Source: Thermacetogeniaceae bacterium (GTDB lineage Bacteria; Bacillota; DSM-12270; Thermacetogeniales; Thermacetogeniaceae). From it: a stretch of DNA of 57,490 nt. The notes beneath the pieces were generated by a model. That model did no database searches. It saw nothing but the letters and a program-made list of their open reading frames with translations, and was not told the DNA's origin. Position numbers and translations under genes: made by a program. Where the stretch lies: assembly GCA_050010575.1 (NCBI GenBank), contig JBEKKU010000001.1:1-57490 (forward strand), read 5' to 3'. Positions 1 to 8,534 of this stretch are shown one piece after another. Position 1 is the stretch's first letter; each line of letters opens with the position of its first letter.

Positions 1-181
1 GGGCCATGGTCTCCTCAAAGGCAAGACCGCGGAAAAACACTGCCATCAGGAAGGAAGCCATCTGGTAATCCGGGATGGCGCCTCCGGTGTAGCCTGCCAC
101 CATAAAGTCGATCTCTTCCGGTGATAGGCGCTGTCCATCCCTTTTTTTGATGATCAGATCCAGAGCATGCATGGCGTTCAT
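1..181 (-). CDS. pdp: pyrimidine-nucleoside (thymidine) phosphorylase, N-terminal ~60 codons; gene runs off the window
   Basis: Reverse complement translates to [60 protein letters not shown], a typical Pdp/DeoA N-terminus. Its ATG (179-181) overlaps the deoB stop as ATGA. Confidence 0.85.
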   Translation of the reverse strand, partial: MNAMHALDLIIKKRDGQRLSPEEIDFMVAGYTGGAIPDYQMASFLMAVFFRGLAFEETMA

Positions 182-1392
182 ACCCTCTCGCCAAGCTGGG
201 CGTCGAAAACTCCAGTGATCGGCGCTCCGTCGCCCGACCGCACTCCGAACAGACCAGCCAGGGTGGCGCCCAGGTCGGCCATGCTCTGGCGCGTGCCTAC
301 GGGCAGGGGATTGACCTGCGGCCCCGCCAACAGCAAGGGTACGTATTCCCGCGAGTGATCGGTGCTGGGCGTGGTCGGATCGCAGCCATGGTCGGCCGTG
401 ATCGCTAATAAATCGCCTGCTTGCAAGGATTTTAAAATCTCCGGCAGGAAGTCGTCGAACTCCTCGAGGGCCCGGGCGTACCCGGCGGAATCGTTGCGGT
501 GGCCATAAAGGGTATCGAAGTCGACCAGGTTGGCAAAGACCAGTCCCCGGTCCAGGTCCTGAAAGGCGCCCAGGGCCTGCCTGGCGATCTCCGGGTTGCC
601 GCTGGCGGCGATCTTCCTGGTGATGCCATGCCCGGCAAAGATGTCAAAGACCTTGCCCACGCCCGCCACCTGGTATCCCGCCTCGCTCAGGCGGTCGAGC
701 AGGGTGGGCGCCGGCGGCGGCAGAGAGATGTCGTGACGGCGGGCAGTACGCTGGAAGTGCCCCGGCGTGCCGATAAACGGGCGAGCGATCACCCGGCCCA
801 CGGCGTACTCACCGGTGAGAATCTCCCGGGCGATCTCGCAGATGCGGTAGAGTTCCGGCACCGGGATGATCTCCTCGTGGGCCGCCACCTGAAATACGCT
901 GTCCGCAGAAGTGTAAACGATGGGTGAGCCCGTTTCCAAATGTAGGACGCCCAGTTCCTCGATAATCTCCGTGCCCGAAGCCGCCTTGTTGCCGATCGCC
1001 TTCCTGCCGGTGCGCTCCTGGAAGGGCCCGATCACCTCCGGCGGAAAACCGTGCGGAAAAACCGGGAAGGGCCTGGCCAGGGTCACCCCCATCAGTTCCC
1101 AGTGTCCGCTGGTGGTGTCCTTGCCGGCAGAGCGCATCCGCAGCTTCCCATAGGCAGCCAGAGGCTGGACAGCGGGGGGCACACCCATGACGGGAATGAT
1201 GTTGCCGAGACCCAACAAGCCCAGGTGGGGCAGGTCCAACCCCCCCACCGCCTCCGCCAGGTGCCCCAGGGTGCATGAACCCTCATCGCCGTAAGCCGCG
1301 GCGTCGGGGAGCGCTCCAACGCCCAGGCTGTCCAGGACTATCACCAGCACGCGCCGTAGACAGTGTCCACCTTCAGGCCCGGGGGTGTGCAT
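178..1392 (-). CDS. deoB: phosphopentomutase
   Basis: 404-aa ORF with the VLDSLGVG metal-site N-terminus and full-length phosphopentomutase-like sequence. The deoB-pdp pairing matches Firmicutes. Confidence 0.93.
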   Translation of the reverse strand: MHTPGPEGGHCLRRVLVIVLDSLGVGALPDAAAYGDEGSCTLGHLAEAVGGLDLPHLGLLGLGNIIPVMGVPPAVQPLAAYGKLRMRSAGKDTTSGHWELMGVTLARPFPVFPHGFPPEVIGPFQERTGRKAIGNKAASGTEIIEELGVLHLETGSPIVYTSADSVFQVAAHEEIIPVPELYRICEIAREILTGEYAVGRVIARPFIGTPGHFQRTARRHDISLPPPAPTLLDRLSEAGYQVAGVGKVFDIFAGHGITRKIAASGNPEIARQALGAFQDLDRGLVFANLVDFDTLYGHRNDSAGYARALEEFDDFLPEILKSLQAGDLLAITADHGCDPTTPSTDHSREYVPLLLAGPQVNPLPVGTRQSMADLGATLAGLFGVRSGDGAPITGVFDAQLGERV

Positions 1393-2269
1393 GTTTATAG
1401 ACCTCCCTCAACTTTCTCTGGCTGAGATGCGTATAGATCTGGGTCGTAGTCACATCTGCGTGGCCCAGCATCTCCTGGACTACCCGGAGATCGGCCCCGT
1501 TTTCCAGCAGGTGGGTGGCAAAGGAGTGGCGCAGCACATGGGGGGCGATCTCCTTCTGGATGCCGCCTTTCCTGGCATACTCCTTGAGAATCTTCCAAAA
1601 TCCCTGGCGAGTCAGGCGCCTGCCGTGCATGTTCAGAAAAATGGCCTTCTCCCAGTTGTTTTTTCTTAGCTTGACCCAGCCCCTGGCGAGGTATTCCCGG
1701 TTGTACTGCACAGCGATCTCGCCGACTGGGATGATCCGCTCCTTGGAACCCTTGCCCAGGCAGCGGACAAAGCCGCGCTCCAGATTGAGGTGTTCGGTAT
1801 TCAGACCGATCAGTTCGGAGACTCTCATGCCGGTGGCATAGATCAGCTCCAGCATGGCCCGGTCGCGCAATCCAGCTATGGTGCCGCATTTCGGCTGCGC
1901 CAGGAGGATATCCACCTCCTTGACACTGAGAATGCGCGGCAGGTGCTTTTCCAGCTTCGGGGATTCCAGGTTCTCAGTAGGATCCGCAGTGATGCGATGC
2001 TCCTGCAGCAGGTACCGGTAGAAGCAGCGGATTGCCGCCAGATAGCGGGACAACGTCCTGGCGGTACAGCCCCGCTCCCGCTGTAGTCTGAAATAATTGA
2101 TGATGTCGGCCGGGGAGACGGTCTCCAAGGAGAGCTTTTCCGCAGCCAGGTGCTCGGCAAAATGCACCAGGTCGTACTGGTACGACTGTACCGTATTGCG
2201 GGCCATACCCCTGACCACCTGAAGATAATTTAAAAACTCCCTGAGCAACTCTTCTTTGACACGGGCCAC
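1373..2269 (-). CDS. xerD: site-specific tyrosine recombinase XerD
   Basis: 298 aa with N-terminal SAM-like domain and C-terminal RHSFATHLL...[14 protein letters not shown] catalytic motifs. It sits next to deoB as B. subtilis ripX does. Confidence 0.92.
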   Translation of the reverse strand: MARVKEELLREFLNYLQVVRGMARNTVQSYQYDLVHFAEHLAAEKLSLETVSPADIINYFRLQRERGCTARTLSRYLAAIRCFYRYLLQEHRITADPTENLESPKLEKHLPRILSVKEVDILLAQPKCGTIAGLRDRAMLELIYATGMRVSELIGLNTEHLNLERGFVRCLGKGSKERIIPVGEIAVQYNREYLARGWVKLRKNNWEKAIFLNMHGRRLTRQGFWKILKEYARKGGIQKEIAPHVLRHSFATHLLENGADLRVVQEMLGHADVTTTQIYTHLSQRKLREVYKHAHPRA

Positions 2270-2354
2270 TTTAGAACACCTGCCTGCCCCATTATTTTCC
2301 TCTTGACATAATTAGTTTCCACGTCGAAAAAAAAAGTCCTCTTTTCCTAACACA

Positions 2355-2377
2355 CGGGGACGGTTCTCTTGTTTCGG
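2355..2377. repeat. partial copy of the dispersed repeat family (upstream of xerD)
   Basis: CGGGGACGGTTCTCTTGTTTCGG shares GGGGACGGTTCTC with the palindrome core and GGTTCTCTTGTTTCG with 28748-28770. Confidence 0.6.
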
Positions 2378-2428
2378 TTTTCGTAACTTCCCATGCTTCG
2401 CCCGAACTGACTGGCCACGACTTTCAAC

Positions 2429-2719
2429 CTAGTCAGAATCAGGCGGCGCCTGCTTGCCGTTGCCAAAATAATATTGCTGCAGTATTTTCAGAAACAGATC
2501 GCCCTGATTCTGACTAGACTGCTGCTGGGTCTCAGCCCCATGCTCGACCCTGAGCGCGGGAGGCTGACTCTCCCAGTGACGGCTCTTAAAGCTGGCAATG
2601 CTCCCGCAAACTAAGCTTAAAAACTGGGGGGTGATCAGTACAATCAACAGCAAAAACATCAGCAACCGGATAATTACGCTCACCTTATGCTTCCAGTTAG
2701 TGACTGTGATCAAAAACAT
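2429..2719 (-). CDS. small membrane protein (possibly YqzK/DUF4227-like)
   Basis: 96-aa ORF with one strong N-terminal TM segment (IIRLLMFLLLIVLITPQFL). It occupies the xerD-spoIIM interval where B. subtilis has yqzK. The family assignment is from memory only. Confidence 0.4.
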   Translation of the reverse strand: MFLITVTNWKHKVSVIIRLLMFLLLIVLITPQFLSLVCGSIASFKSRHWESQPPALRVEHGAETQQQSSQNQGDLFLKILQQYYFGNGKQAPPDSD

Positions 2720-2799
2720 AGGCTCCCCTCCAGATCAGGGTTTATTTGATAATATGCATCTCTCCTGGTATTTTAGAACATTATTCCCACATCTAAACA

Positions 2800-3474
2800 T
2801 TAGCCAATCAGCATCGTCAGCCGGATGATGCCTGGCACAAGGTAAGCTTCAATCCAGCTTCCCAGCAGGATCAGGATCGCACACGCCACGAAGAGCAGGG
2901 TATAGGTCAGGATGCCGGTAAACACCGTGGTCTCACGGGATGGTCTAAAGAGGGACAGGGAAAAGTAAAGAGCCAGGGTTCCCGCCACCAATAGCCCTGG
3001 CACATAACACAAGTTCTGGGGCAGCACTGCCACTAGGGCCAGCATTAACCCCTGGCCAGCCTTTTCTTGAACCAGAAAGCCGATTGTAAAACCTAAAATA
3101 AATCCACGGGCGCCAGTTAGCAGGATGACCAACGGAGCGCCAACCACAGTGAGCCCCATGAGCCACATGATGACCAGCGCATACAGCTGCCCCCTGAGGC
3201 TGTCTCCCCAGGTCTTGATGACCGGAAACTGGCCATTCTGGGCCAGAGCACCCATGTTGCTCAAAATACTGTCCAGATACTGCCTCAGTTCAGCTAACTG
3301 AGACGGATTCAGAGTATGAAGGATCGAGGCCCCGCCGATCAGGCCCAGGATAAAAGCACCGGCCACGTAGGCGGCAGGGATGAGCAACTCCTTCTGTGGG
3401 CTCAACCGGAAGCGCGACTTGATAGCCTGCATCATATCTCTCACCTTTGAGGTATTAAACTGATTGCTGTTCAA
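2800..3474 (-). CDS. spoIIM: stage II sporulation protein M
   Basis: 224-aa polytopic membrane protein with SpoIIM-like sequence and conserved position. Confidence 0.88.
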   Translation of the reverse strand: MNSNQFNTSKVRDMMQAIKSRFRLSPQKELLIPAAYVAGAFILGLIGGASILHTLNPSQLAELRQYLDSILSNMGALAQNGQFPVIKTWGDSLRGQLYALVIMWLMGLTVVGAPLVILLTGARGFILGFTIGFLVQEKAGQGLMLALVAVLPQNLCYVPGLLVAGTLALYFSLSLFRPSRETTVFTGILTYTLLFVACAILILLGSWIEAYLVPGIIRLTMLIG

Positions 3475-3551
3475 TAATATACCTCTTGAGAGATTTTATG
3501 CCAGCCTCAGGAAAGCAAGTACAAACTTGTATCCGCTTTGAGATCGCCAGA

Positions 3552-4118
3552 TCAGCTATCAGATCGGCCTTCCCGCATACGGTTTACCGCCAGAATGCCG
3601 ATAATCGTTTTGGCATCCCTGATCTCCCCCCGGTAGACCATGCGCAGCGCCTCGTCGACCGGAACAGTGACCACTTCGATAAACTCTTCCTCGTCGGTGT
3701 GAGCCTGTCCCTGCTTCAGGCCGGAGGCCTTGACGATATACAGCAGTTCGTCGCTGAAACCCGGAGTAGTATAGTAAGAAAAGAGGATCTCCCACTGCTC
3801 GGCGCGGTACCCCGTCTCCTCTTCCAACTCCCGGCGAGCGCAGACCAGCGGGCTCTCCCCCTGATCCCTCTTCCCGGCAGGAATCTCCAGTAATATCTCA
3901 GCTGTAGGATGACGGTACTGGCGCACCATGAGCAGATCGTCCCGGTCTGTCAGGGCAATCACCGCAACGGCTCCCGGGTGCTCGATCACCTCCCGGGTGG
4001 CTGTTTCTCCGTTGGGGAGGCAGACCGTGTCCACCCGCAGCCTGATCATCTTGCCCTCGAATATCCGCTCGGTGCTGATAGCCGTCTCCTCGAGGCTGGC
4101 GTCAGTTTTTGTGTACAT
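3552..4118 (-). CDS. nudF: ADP-ribose pyrophosphatase (Nudix hydrolase)
   Basis: Nudix box GKRDQGESPLVCARRELEEETG. The start was moved to ATG 4118 (MYTKTDASLEE...), which follows GGAAGAGGAGA. The ORF-track N-terminal 33 codons are Arg/Pro-rich read-through of upstream debris. Confidence 0.88.
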   Translation of the reverse strand: MYTKTDASLEETAISTERIFEGKMIRLRVDTVCLPNGETATREVIEHPGAVAVIALTDRDDLLMVRQYRHPTAEILLEIPAGKRDQGESPLVCARRELEEETGYRAEQWEILFSYYTTPGFSDELLYIVKASGLKQGQAHTDEEEFIEVVTVPVDEALRMVYRGEIRDAKTIIGILAVNRMREGRSDS

Positions 4119-4140
4119 CTCATTTCTCCTCTTCCTTAAC

Positions 4141-4358
4141 AGATCTTCACCGCTTCCAGGTCGCCGCCGAAGGCGTGGCGCACGATGTGGCCGAGAGCCA
4201 GGGCAAGGCAGCGCCATCGCTCATCATGTAGGCAATTTTCCGGCTATTAAATTCCAGGCCAGGTCCGGAGCGCCCCCACCGGACGCTTCAAGCTTCTGCA
4301 AGTCCGGTTCGTCCTGGATCACGCGCCGCACCTTAGCCTTGCGCCAGGCGATCATCAT
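4141..4358 (-). pseudogene. multi-frame remnant of a lost conserved gene (DUF3866-like by recollection)
   Basis: An SD+ATG at 4358 opens a 45-codon ORF (MMIAWRKAKVRRVIQDEPDLQKLE...). Downstream blocks MMSDGAALPWLS and LALGHIVRHAFGGDLEAVKIC* lie in the other two frames. Confidence 0.4.
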
Positions 4359-4368
4359 TTTGCCTCAT

Positions 4369-5508
4369 TTACGACAGGCCGGCGTTGAGCCTGACGATCT
4401 CCCAGAGCCAGCGGGCATCGGCCGCCAGGTCGCTCAGGAGGAGGAATTCCTCGGTGGTGTGCACCTGCTGCATGCCGATGCCCAGGTTGGCCGCTGTTAT
4501 TCCCAATGCATTGATAATATTGGCGTCGCTGCCGCCGCCGCTGGTCTCGTAGCTTATTTTCAAACCGGCCTTACCCGCAGCCTTGGCAGCGATCTTGAAA
4601 GCCGGCAGCCCTTTATTCAGGCGAAACTCCGGATATTGGAAGGTAACCCGGACCTCGCTCCTGGCTCCTGCAGCCTCCGCTACCCTGGTAAACTCGGAGG
4701 TGATTTGGGTGGTCAGGCTGTCCATCTTCTTCCGGTTGAGGCTCCTCACCTCACCCTGAATAAAGCAGGAATCGGGAATGATATTGGTCGCCTTGCCGCC
4801 CTCGATAACGCCCATGTTGGCGGTGGTTTCGGCGTCAATCCGACCGAGGGTCAACTGTGCCAGAGCCTGGCCAGCTACCTGGATAGCGTTGATCCCCCGC
4901 TCCGGTTCGATGCCGGCATGGGCGGCACGGCCTCTGACAATGATATCCATCAGGTTCTGAGCGGGTGCAGCAACGATCATAGTACCCGGCTTGCCGCTGC
5001 TATCCAGCACGTACCCAAACTTCGACTGCAACCGATCGCAGTCGAAGTTTTTGCTGCCTAGCAATCCCCGCTCCTCTGCCACCGTCAGCAGTATCTCCAG
5101 GTCGCCGTGAGCCAATGGTTGCTGCCGCAGCATCTCCAGCATCTCGAGGATAGCGGCGATGCCGCCCTTGTCGTCTCCTCCCAGAATCGTGCTCCCCTCG
5201 CTGCGAAAAACACCGTCTTTGAACTCCACCTTGACCCCGTTCGCCGGGTTTACCGTATCCATGTGGGAACATAGGAAAAAGGCGGGCCTGTTCTTCTCTC
5301 CGGGCAATCGGGCATAGATGTTCCCGCAATCGCCGCCGATCTTATCTCCCGTATCGTCCTCCATCACTTCGATGCCGAGCTGGGCAAAGCGATACTTGAC
5401 GTAATCGGCCAGTTCTCTTTCCCGGAAGGATGGCGAGTCGATCTCCGCCAGCCTGATAAACTCCCGGGTAATGCGCTCTTCGTTGACGCCCTCCGTATTT
5501 CTACTCAA
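4369..5508 (-). CDS. M20/M25/M40 family metallopeptidase (tripeptidase-like)
   Basis: Contains CSHMDTV and GGDDKGG motifs and has M20 length. The likely start is TTG 5508, 6 nt after GGAGGAGAGG; the alternative is ATG 5529. The 5646 start in the ORF track overlaps a GT2 stub and is unlikely. Confidence 0.85.
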   Translation of the reverse strand: MSRNTEGVNEERITREFIRLAEIDSPSFRERELADYVKYRFAQLGIEVMEDDTGDKIGGDCGNIYARLPGEKNRPAFFLCSHMDTVNPANGVKVEFKDGVFRSEGSTILGGDDKGGIAAILEMLEMLRQQPLAHGDLEILLTVAEERGLLGSKNFDCDRLQSKFGYVLDSSGKPGTMIVAAPAQNLMDIIVRGRAAHAGIEPERGINAIQVAGQALAQLTLGRIDAETTANMGVIEGGKATNIIPDSCFIQGEVRSLNRKKMDSLTTQITSEFTRVAEAAGARSEVRVTFQYPEFRLNKGLPAFKIAAKAAGKAGLKISYETSGGGSDANIINALGITAANLGIGMQQVHTTEEFLLLSDLAADARWLWEIVRLNAGLS

Positions 5509-5830
5509 AGTCGATCCTCTCCTCCACATTATTAGCCACCCGAGAGGCCGTGTCGTCCTCTGAACCGTCATCCACCACCGCCGCCTGACCAACTTCCGGC
5601 ACCATCCAGATTGCGGCAACAGTGGCTGCGATTGATTCTCCCTCATTATAGGCGGGAATGATCACAGAAATCAAACAAAAGCGCCTCCGGCTACAGCAGC
5701 GGCGGAATAAAGGACTCGGCAGTCTGCTTGATCCCGTACCTGCCATCGCCCCCACCAGGACTACCTGCCCGTAGGCAGTATCGATGTCGTCGATGGTGGT
5801 GATGCCCGCCTGTTCGTAATACCCGTACAT
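5501..5830 (-). pseudogene. truncated family-2 glycosyltransferase N-terminal stub
   Basis: The 109-aa ORF contains ISVIIPAYNEGESIAATVAAI...VVDDGSEDDTASRVA, the canonical GT2 start. It stops about 50 residues into the domain and overlaps the peptidase start. Confidence 0.55.
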
Positions 5831-5957
5831 GCGAGACCGGCGCCATGCTGTCTTCGGTCCCGAAAACCCGTCCCGGTATATGGCCTCCCGGGTGATCAGG
5901 AGGTGTCTCCGTCACGGATCTCCTGCATCACGGAGGAGCCGGACGCCTCAATAAGAG

Positions 5958-5989
5958 GGACCCCTATCCCTGATCAGGGATAGGGGTCC
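5958..5989 (-). terminator. hairpin terminator downstream of spo0A
   Basis: Perfect palindrome GGACCCCTATCCC-TGATCA-GGGATAGGGGTCC located 37 nt after the spo0A stop. The U-tract is weak (CCTCTTATT). Confidence 0.6.
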
Positions 5990-6025
5990 AGGGTCAAATG
6001 AACTAGTTACGGAGCAGGGATATCT

Positions 6026-6793
6026 TTAGCCAACCTTTATCCCAACCCGCAGCCGGTCGGCTACCATGGCAATAAACTCCGAATTGGTCGGCTTGCCACG
6101 CTCAACATCGATGGTGTAGCCGAACACCTTGTTCATCAGTTCCACGTTCCCACGGTCCCAAGCCAACTCGATGGCGTGACGGATGGCTCGTTCCACCCTG
6201 CTGGGCGTGGTGTTGTACTTCTCGGCGATCATCGGATATAGCTCCTTGGTCACCGCTCCCAGCAGCGTCATCTCTTTGATCACAAAGATGATCGCATCGC
6301 GCAGGTACTGATACCCCCGTACGTGAGCGGGCACTCCCATCTGGTGGATCAGGTTGGTCACGTCCACGTCCAGGTTGCGCGTTCTCGGATGAAAGTTCAG
6401 GATCTGGGCGCCTGTTGTGCCGTTGGCCAGCTGCCGGACACGGTTGCCCAGCACCTCCAGATCAAAGGGTTTCAATATATAATAGTTGGCCCCGAGTTCC
6501 ACCGCCCTCCTGGTTGTCTCCTCCTGCCCGAAGGCAGTCAGAATGATGATCTTTGGGCGCTCCTCGTATTCGGTGTTCAGCTGCTCCAGCACCCCGATCC
6601 CGTCAAGCTGGGGCATGATCAGATCAAGTATCATCACGTCAGGCATCTCCTGGTCCAGCATCTTCAGGGCTTCATGACCATTATGAGCGATGCCCGAAAC
6701 GGTACAGTCCTCCTGCCCTTCAAAATAATCTTTTAATATTTCACAAAATTCCTTGTTATCATCCACCAGCATCACCTTTACTGAATTCTCCAA
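6026..6793 (-). CDS. spo0A: sporulation master response regulator Spo0A
   Basis: 255 aa: receiver domain ([10 protein letters not shown]...[14 protein letters not shown]) plus the Spo0A-specific C-terminal DNA-binding domain ([12 protein letters not shown]). TTG start after AGGGGGGA. Confidence 0.96.
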   Translation of the reverse strand: MENSVKVMLVDDNKEFCEILKDYFEGQEDCTVSGIAHNGHEALKMLDQEMPDVMILDLIMPQLDGIGVLEQLNTEYEERPKIIILTAFGQEETTRRAVELGANYYILKPFDLEVLGNRVRQLANGTTGAQILNFHPRTRNLDVDVTNLIHQMGVPAHVRGYQYLRDAIIFVIKEMTLLGAVTKELYPMIAEKYNTTPSRVERAIRHAIELAWDRGNVELMNKVFGYTIDVERGKPTNSEFIAMVADRLRVGIKVG

Positions 6794-6844
6794 CCCCCAT
6801 CCCCCCTATAATAATTCCTGGTATTCCTAAATCGTGTAAATTAT

Positions 6845-6873
6845 AGATTCGACACCCTCATATAAGTTCCTGC
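6845..6873 (-). promoter_or_regulatory. sigma-H-type promoter with embedded 0A box upstream of spo0A
   Basis: The minus strand reads GCAGGAACT-N-GTCGAATCT, with AGGA and GAAT 17 nt apart as in sigma-H promoters. TGTCGAA (6848-6854) matches the 0A-box consensus. Confidence 0.5.
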
Positions 6874-7025
6874 AAAGAATTATGACAGATGTTAGGTCTT
6901 CCTGACGCCAGAAGGGGATCGGCATCAGAATTATATGCCTAAATCTGCAGCGTTTATGCGCCAAAGGGGGAAGGCGGGAATAATTGTCGCCTTGCGGGTT
7001 GATAGCACGACTTTATAGTATTAGG

Positions 7026-8393
7026 CTAAGCTGCTTGATCCAGAATATCCTGATCAATCCAAGAGGTTTGGTTCTGGAGTTGTTTTCCCGGGAATAATCC
7101 GGCTTCATCCAGCATCAGTTCTGCGGCGATACCGTAGCCCAGAGTGGGATCATTGATAAAAACATGGGTAACCGCCCCGATCAGTTTGCCATTCTGGATG
7201 ATCGGGCTGCCACTCATCCCCTGGATAATGCCCCCGGCACGGTTGAGGATCCGGGGATCGACCACCCTGACGATAAAGCTCTTGCCGTCCGGGCGGGGCT
7301 GGGGAAAGACGGTTTGAATTTCGACATTGAAGGCCTCGACATTCTCGCCGTTCAATACAGTTAGCATCTGTGCCGGGCCCTCTTTGATCTGGCCGCCGAC
7401 AGCAACCGGTACCGGCTTCGGGTACAATTGGTTGATCAGATTGTTCTGCAGCACTCCATATATTCCGTAGGTCGTATTTTTATCGATGTTGCCGGAGGTT
7501 TTTTGATCATTTAGAAACAAACCGATCTTTTCCCCGATCTTTCCCCGCTGCCCCTTCTGGATTCCTTCAACGGCAGCGCCGACAATTTTTCCGTCTTTCA
7601 AGTCCAACAGTTCGCTAGTCTCGGAATTTGTGATCACATGTCCCAAGGCGCCATACTTTTTAGTCACCGGATCGAAAAATGTGAGTGTCCCTACGCCAGC
7701 AGCCCCATCTCTGACAAAAAGGCCGATCCGGTAGCGCTTGGTTTCACGGCAGAAGACTGGCTTGATCTGATAACCCTTGACCGTCTCCCGGTGTTTTACC
7801 TGAAGACTGATGGTGTCTTGGCGACGGGCAAACTGGTCTATGAGCAGGCTCACCTCGGCATCGCCCTGGATCTTGACACCCTGGATGCTGAGGATCACGT
7901 CTCCGGCCACGATCCCTGCCTGGCGAGCCGGGCAAGAGGTTTTCCCGTCAGTGGAGGTGATATCCGAAAACCCGGCCACGAACACTCCCTCTGTGTGCAG
8001 GAAGACGCCGATGGACTGCCCCCCCATCATTACCTGAACAGGCGGCACCACCTGCAGAGTGACACGTTTAAGGGGCAGAATGCCGAATAGGCGCAGGTCC
8101 AGATCGACGTTTCCGGGCCTGGCCGCAATCGGCGCCCGCCCCAGGAAGGGCAGAAACCCCTGCGCCACTGCCTGTCCCGCTTGCCAATTCAGCCTCTCCT
8201 TGCTTTCATTGGAAACGAAAGCAACAATCCGTTCGGCGAGCCGGGGAGGAAATATGTTTCCGAAAAAGACCTGATCCCCCACGTTAACCCGGTAGTGAGA
8301 GGGGATCAGGCTGAAGGACTGAAAGAAGATGGTATAAATGCAGGCCGCCAAAAAAAACGCCGAGAGAAGACTGTGAAGCCTTCGCTTGCTCAA
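7026..8393 (-). CDS. spoIVB: SpoIVB signalling serine peptidase (S55) with PDZ domain
   Basis: 455 aa with N-terminal TM, a PDZ-like block (GDVILSIQGVKIQG) and the S55 protease domain (GTLTFFDP...GALGH...GMSGSPI). It is adjacent to spo0A and recN as in Bacillus. Confidence 0.93.
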   Translation of the reverse strand: MSKRRLHSLLSAFFLAACIYTIFFQSFSLIPSHYRVNVGDQVFFGNIFPPRLAERIVAFVSNESKERLNWQAGQAVAQGFLPFLGRAPIAARPGNVDLDLRLFGILPLKRVTLQVVPPVQVMMGGQSIGVFLHTEGVFVAGFSDITSTDGKTSCPARQAGIVAGDVILSIQGVKIQGDAEVSLLIDQFARRQDTISLQVKHRETVKGYQIKPVFCRETKRYRIGLFVRDGAAGVGTLTFFDPVTKKYGALGHVITNSETSELLDLKDGKIVGAAVEGIQKGQRGKIGEKIGLFLNDQKTSGNIDKNTTYGIYGVLQNNLINQLYPKPVPVAVGGQIKEGPAQMLTVLNGENVEAFNVEIQTVFPQPRPDGKSFIVRVVDPRILNRAGGIIQGMSGSPIIQNGKLIGAVTHVFINDPTLGYGIAAELMLDEAGLFPGKQLQNQTSWIDQDILDQAA

Positions 8394-8534
8394 TCCAGAT
8401 CATCCCTTAGTCCTCTCCTGGCCTTTCCCCCGTGATTTTAAGTTATCCCCTTCCCATTGCTTTTATTCACACTTTTCCTGCCAGATCCGCCTTGCCGGAT
8501 CGCCAGCCGCGGTGAGTATACAGCAGCAACAGGG

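Noticed and set aside
3928-5061. Long antisense ORFs across the window, for example 3928-5061 (377 aa), 35923-36579 (218 aa), 43555-44340 (261 aa), 44043-44795 (250 aa) and 25296-25967 (223 aa).
   Set aside because: These are typical GC-rich shadow ORFs opposite well-supported genes. Their translations are Arg/Pro/Gly/Ala-rich, lack recognisable domains and have no ribosome-binding sites.
8439-8469. A possible forespore sigma-F/G promoter upstream of spoIVB (TGAATA ... GATAACTTA).
   Set aside because: The -35 is acceptable, but the -10 fits neither the sigma-G CATAxTA nor the sigma-F GGxxAxAxT consensus well enough to report as a feature.
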